In this document: positions 28,241-32,056 of the stretch, one piece after another | How positions within the stretch are numbered: the first letter of the stretch is position 1 | Layout: each line of letters starts with the position of its first letter | From: Promethearchaeota archaeon | Lineage (GTDB): Archaea > Asgardarchaeota > Lokiarchaeia > Sigyniarchaeales > SOKP01 | Assembly: GCA_019058245.1 (NCBI GenBank) | Contig: JAHPZJ010000028.1 | Coordinates: 234,623 to 266,678 of the forward strand | Direction: 5' to 3' | DNA: 32,056 bases | Translations under genes and position numbers: made by a program | Notes under the pieces: generated by a model | Told to the model about the DNA's origin: nothing | The model's input: only the letters and a program-made list of their open reading frames with translations | The model's database searches: none

Positions 28241-29836
28241 ATGATATTTGAAAAGAGCGTTAAAATTAATTCAGAAGAGAAAAAGAAAACAAAAAAAAGA
28301 TTAGTAATTATATCAGATACTCATATCAGTAGAGGAAGGGGTTCCTTTAATCTCCATGCGTATAATTTAGGAATAGAACAAATAAACAAGATAAAAAATG
28401 TTGATCTTTATCTTCATCTTGGTGATATCACACAATCAGGTACTCTTTTAGAATACGAGTATGCTATAGAGCAATTTAAAAAATTTAAACCTAAATCTAA
28501 ATGTCCATTGATGATTTTAATAGGAAATCATGACGCTATGAATGTAGGATATTTACTTTTTGAAGAGATGATTGGTAAGAGGCATTATGAATATGAAGAT
28601 GATGAAATCTATGTAATTGGAATAGATAGTACTAAGCCAGATTTACCTGGTGGAATAATACATCATAATGTAATTGACGCAGTAAAAAAAAGATTAGAAA
28701 AACCAGAAAGAGAAAATAAGCTTAAAGTAGTATGTTTTCATCATCAATTAATTCCAATTCCAAATACTGGAAAGGAAAGATCTGCTATAGATGATTCAGG
28801 AGATATGCTAAAAATGCTTTTAGACACTAAAGTAGATTTAGTATTAAATGGACATAGACATATTTCAAATCTTTATACTGTTAGTAGTAGTGATAAAGAT
28901 TTATATATCTTTAATGCAGGAACGTTCTGTTGTAATAAAACTAGGTATCGAGAATTATTTACATACTCAATTATTGATATTTTTCAAAATGATCTCACAT
29001 TTAAAATAATTCCAATATTAGATTCAAATTCTAAACGCAGAATTCAACGCCAAATAAATTATTATCTTCCATCAATTATTGAAAAAGACCAGAAACCTAT
29101 TTGTAGATTTATGCAAATGTCAGATTCGTTAATCAGAGAAGATTTTGAAAAGGAAATAACTAATTTAGATAGGGCTATAAAGAAAATTAATGAAATACCT
29201 AATGTAGATTTGGTAGTACACACGGGAAATTTAACTCAAAATAGCTATAAGGATGAATTTAGAATAGCAAGAGAGAAAATAAGTGAATTAAATTATCCCT
29301 ATTTAATTGTACCTGGATATACAGATTCAAAACCACCTGCTTGGGATTATTGGAATTATTATTTTGGTGAATCTAATCCTTTATTTGAAAATGATCTGTT
29401 ATATTTTCAAGGATTAAATTCTACCACTCGTGATTCTAAAGATGGATTTATTGGACGAAAAAAGTTGAATAGATTTATTGAAAAGGTTTTATCCCTTAGT
29501 CATGAAAAGATCTTTGGAGTTTGTTGCTTTCATAGTCTAATTCCTACTCCTTTAAGTGTATGGAGGACGGAGCTAATAGATTCAGGTGATGTTCTTTCTC
29601 AATTTGCCCGCTCTCAAATAGATCTATGCTTGAATAGTTCCCCCAGTATATCATTTAATGTTAAAATTGATCATACCGTCTTTTCTACTGGTGGAAATCT
29701 TAACCCTAAACGCTTTGATGAGACTTTTATTGAAATTGAAATTTATGAAAAAGGTAATGTAGTTATAAAAGAATATAATATAAGAACTGGTGAAATGCAT
29801 TTTATTGGTAATTATAATATTAATATCTTTATTTAA
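28241..29836 (+). CDS. Tandem calcineurin-like metallophosphoesterase (intact N-domain, degenerate C-domain)
   Basis: Domain 1 has SDTH, GDIT, GNHD, HH and GHRH; domain 2 has SDSL, GNLT, GYTD, FHS and NSSP. Confidence 0.88.
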   Translation: MIFEKSVKINSEEKKKTKKRLVIISDTHISRGRGSFNLHAYNLGIEQINKIKNVDLYLHLGDITQSGTLLEYEYAIEQFKKFKPKSKCPLMILIGNHDAMNVGYLLFEEMIGKRHYEYEDDEIYVIGIDSTKPDLPGGIIHHNVIDAVKKRLEKPERENKLKVVCFHHQLIPIPNTGKERSAIDDSGDMLKMLLDTKVDLVLNGHRHISNLYTVSSSDKDLYIFNAGTFCCNKTRYRELFTYSIIDIFQNDLTFKIIPILDSNSKRRIQRQINYYLPSIIEKDQKPICRFMQMSDSLIREDFEKEITNLDRAIKKINEIPNVDLVVHTGNLTQNSYKDEFRIAREKISELNYPYLIVPGYTDSKPPAWDYWNYYFGESNPLFENDLLYFQGLNSTTRDSKDGFIGRKKLNRFIEKVLSLSHEKIFGVCCFHSLIPTPLSVWRTELIDSGDVLSQFARSQIDLCLNSSPSISFNVKIDHTVFSTGGNLNPKRFDETFIEIEIYEKGNVVIKEYNIRTGEMHFIGNYNINIFI

Positions 29837-29995
29837 CCAGAAATTGAGGGCATTTTTAAAAAATATTCTGAATGTAATTATTTATATGTTTTAGAGAAAA
29901 ATTAAACTTATTTGCCTATTTTGTTTTATTAAAATAAAGAATTAGTTTAAAATGAATAATTTATCTAAGCGATTTAGTTTAATAGGGATTTTTAT

Positions 29996-30277
29996 ATGGC
30001 TAAAGTGAAATTAAACTTATTGAATATTTTCCATCTAAGAATTAACAAAAGAACTTTAGAATATGATGGTAATACTGTTGGCAATATAATTTATCAATTC
30101 TTAAAAGAATATAGAGAAAAACTTGAAGATGAATTATTAGACAAGAAAAAACAGAAATTAAATAGCCACATTCTAATATTATTGAACGGTCGTAATATTA
30201 AGTACCTAAAAAATTACAAAACACGCCTTAAAGATGGAGATGAACTTTATTTTTCTTATCCCTTATCAGGAGGATGA
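29996..30277 (+). CDS. MoaD/ThiS/SAMP-family ubiquitin-like protein
   Basis: ILLNGRNI...TRLKDGDEL...PLSGG with a C-terminal di-glycine. Confidence 0.9.
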   Translation: MAKVKLNLLNIFHLRINKRTLEYDGNTVGNIIYQFLKEYREKLEDELLDKKKQKLNSHILILLNGRNIKYLKNYKTRLKDGDELYFSYPLSGG

Positions 30278-30425
30278 AAAGATTGTTTTTTTTAACATTA
30301 AGCTTAAATATTAATATCATCATTTTTTTTTTATAAAAGCGATTATTTATTAATAGTTTTTAATATTGAATAATTTAGAGAAAGCTTCAAAAAAACAGTA
30401 TAAATTCGAAATTAGGTGATTAAAT

Positions 30426-31361
30426 ATAACAAAAAAAATTGGAGTAATGGGCTTGGATAATGCGGGAAAAACAAGTATCATAACTGTAATAACGCAGCGT
30501 TTTGGTTTTGAAGAAGAAGTAGCTAGATTGACACCTACAAGAAGAATTGCTCGTGATTCTTTTAAATTTTTAGGGATTGAATTTGCTAGGATGGATTTTG
30601 GAGGTCAGAAGCAATATAGGGAAGAATATTTAAAACATCCGGAAAAATATCTAATGGGAACAGATCTGCTTTTCTATGTTATTGATGCTCAGGATTTTAA
30701 TCGTTATATTGAATCTATCGATTATTTAGAGGAGATTCTACTCTTTTTCAAAGAAGAACAAGAATATATCCCAATCTGTATTCTTTTTCATAAATTTGAT
30801 CCTCAACTTGTTGATGATAAAGACATTAATAAGCGGATTCTTACATTGAAGCAGGCTTTAACAAGATATTCGCATGCATTTGATATATTTTTCTTTGAAA
30901 CAACAATTTTCGATATAAAATCTGTTATGGATGCATTTTCAAGTGGATTATCAATGTTATTTGAAAAAATGGAAATGGTGTCTCAATTATTTTCAGAATT
31001 AAGTAAGAACTATAACTCCATTTTGATAGCATTATTTGATGCTAAGGGCATAACTTTAGGGGAATATTATAGACCCCATCTTCATTTGTCGGAGAAATTA
31101 AAGATATATGAAATGTATATTGAATTGCATAAACGGATTGTAAATGAAAATAGGAATCTTTTAGAATTTTCAGATAAATTTGAGAATGGAGAGCGATTTT
31201 CAGGTATAATTGAAGTTCTTAATTTTGGTAATTTGGATTTCTATTTATTATTCATTGTAGAGGAAGATAAGTCAGATTTAGAAAAAACAATCAATATTCT
31301 AGATAAAATCGAAGCTGCGAAACCTCAAATGGAGAATTTAATACTTCAAATTATTCAATAA
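30426..31361 (+). CDS. Rag/Arf-like small GTPase with a C-terminal roadblock/longin-like domain (probable ATA start)
   Basis: KKIGVMGLDNAGKTS, PT, DFGGQ..YR, HKFD, FETTI; C-terminal ILIALFDAKGITLGEY alpha/beta domain. Confidence 0.85.
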   Translation: MTKKIGVMGLDNAGKTSIITVITQRFGFEEEVARLTPTRRIARDSFKFLGIEFARMDFGGQKQYREEYLKHPEKYLMGTDLLFYVIDAQDFNRYIESIDYLEEILLFFKEEQEYIPICILFHKFDPQLVDDKDINKRILTLKQALTRYSHAFDIFFFETTIFDIKSVMDAFSSGLSMLFEKMEMVSQLFSELSKNYNSILIALFDAKGITLGEYYRPHLHLSEKLKIYEMYIELHKRIVNENRNLLEFSDKFENGERFSGIIEVLNFGNLDFYLLFIVEEDKSDLEKTINILDKIEAAKPQMENLILQIIQ

Positions 31362-31373
31362 ATTTAAAAAATA

Positions 31374-31478
31374 CGCAGATGGAGGGAATCGAACCCCCGA
31401 GCGCTTACGCGCACCGGCTTTCTTGATCATTATTTATAATGCTCGAGGCCGGCGTCTTACCAGCTAGGCTACATCTGC
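31374..31478 (-). tRNA. tRNA-Ser(CGA) with a 22-nt intron at position 37/38 (31420-31441)
   Basis: Acceptor stem GCAGATG/CATCTGC + G73; anticodon stem CCGGC/GCCGG; CT-CGA-G; long variable arm GCGC-GTAA-GCGC; GGTTCGATTCC T-arm; bulge-helix-bulge geometry; CCA not encoded. Confidence 0.92.
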
Positions 31479-31632
31479 ACTAAAAAAAAGAAAATATTAC
31501 GTTTCATTTTAATAAAACACATTAATGATCTTAAAACCTTAGATATATAAATCTATTTCCTTTCTAAATCTGGAAAAGAAAGTTCATTAAATTCTTCTCT
31601 AATATAGGATAAGAAGTAATAAATTATTATTT

Positions 31633-31932
31633 TTAAGACGATGGAACATATATTTTTAATTTTAAAGATGGATCAAGTAATTTGATTAATCCTTCTTCTT
31701 CATATTGTTTTAAAAGTAATTTTACTGTTGATACTCTAATATCATATCTCATTGCGATATCTGTTGCAAGAATGGTCTTTTTTTTTAAAATCGCTTCCTT
31801 TATTTCGTTTTCAAGATTTTTTGGTATAAACGCGTCTCTTTCAACTATATTTATCTGCTTTGTTCTTCCATATTTTCTTCTGAGATTTAGAGTAGTTTTT
31901 CTGACTATTTGCTTTTCTTCTCTTTCCGACAC
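31633..31932 (-). CDS. rps25e: Ribosomal protein eS25-like
   Basis: Basic N-terminus plus a winged helix KTILATDIAMRYDIRVSTVKLLLKQYEEEGLIKL...KIY. Confidence 0.65.
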   Translation of the reverse strand: MSEREEKQIVRKTTLNLRRKYGRTKQINIVERDAFIPKNLENEIKEAILKKKTILATDIAMRYDIRVSTVKLLLKQYEEEGLIKLLDPSLKLKIYVPSS

Positions 31933-32056
31933 TATTAATCATTTTACTTTTTATGAATTTTTAAAAGTATTAGCTGAATGAAATTATAAATATTTAAAAT
32001 TTAATAAAATTTTTGATTTATTATTGAAAATTTAATTTCAGCGTTGAATGGCTGAA

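Noticed and set aside
28232-28243. TGA read-through fusing the second acyltransferase to the in-frame phosphoesterase
   Set aside because: The TGA is not at a Cys-like motif, no SECIS was seen, and the downstream gene has its own ATG; being in frame has a one-in-three chance
31374-31478. tRNA-Sec
   Set aside because: The anticodon is CGA rather than UCA, and the 7-bp acceptor and 5-bp T stems are canonical
476-31981. Short antisense or overlapping ORFs in the track (e.g. 476..892, 1521..1772, 1875..2186, 6619..6843, 11663..11950, 17978..18229, 22878..23063, 31682..31981)
   Set aside because: They are shadows of well-supported genes on the other strand or frame and carry no motifs

Overview
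This is a strongly AT-rich archaeal chromosomal window, most likely from an Asgard archaeon (Lokiarchaeia/Promethearchaeota). The assignment rests on a gelsolin-domain protein, Rab-like and Rag/Arf-like small GTPases, an archaeal histone with a Lys-rich tail, eS25 and a tRNA-Ser(CGA) with a BHB intron. The ORF track misses or fragments the most informative locus, a minus-strand operon hdrA (9860-11857) - vhuD/mvhD (9410-9838) - ferredoxin/FrhB-like gene (7821-9314). Four in-frame TGA codons in it sit at conserved Cys/Sec positions, and a single eukaryote-like SECIS candidate overlaps the vhuD stop codon. serS and cofC lie nearby. A second notable module is FIST-domain protein + LuxE-like + LuxC-like (a fatty-acid reductase) with no luxAB or luxD. 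At least four genes appear to start at ATT/ATA, three of them exactly 6 nt after an AGG(T/C)GA Shine-Dalgarno. The rest is housekeeping or metabolic genes and hypothetical proteins. I saw no CRISPR array, IS element or prophage. All product calls are motif-based and made by eye; no database searches were run.
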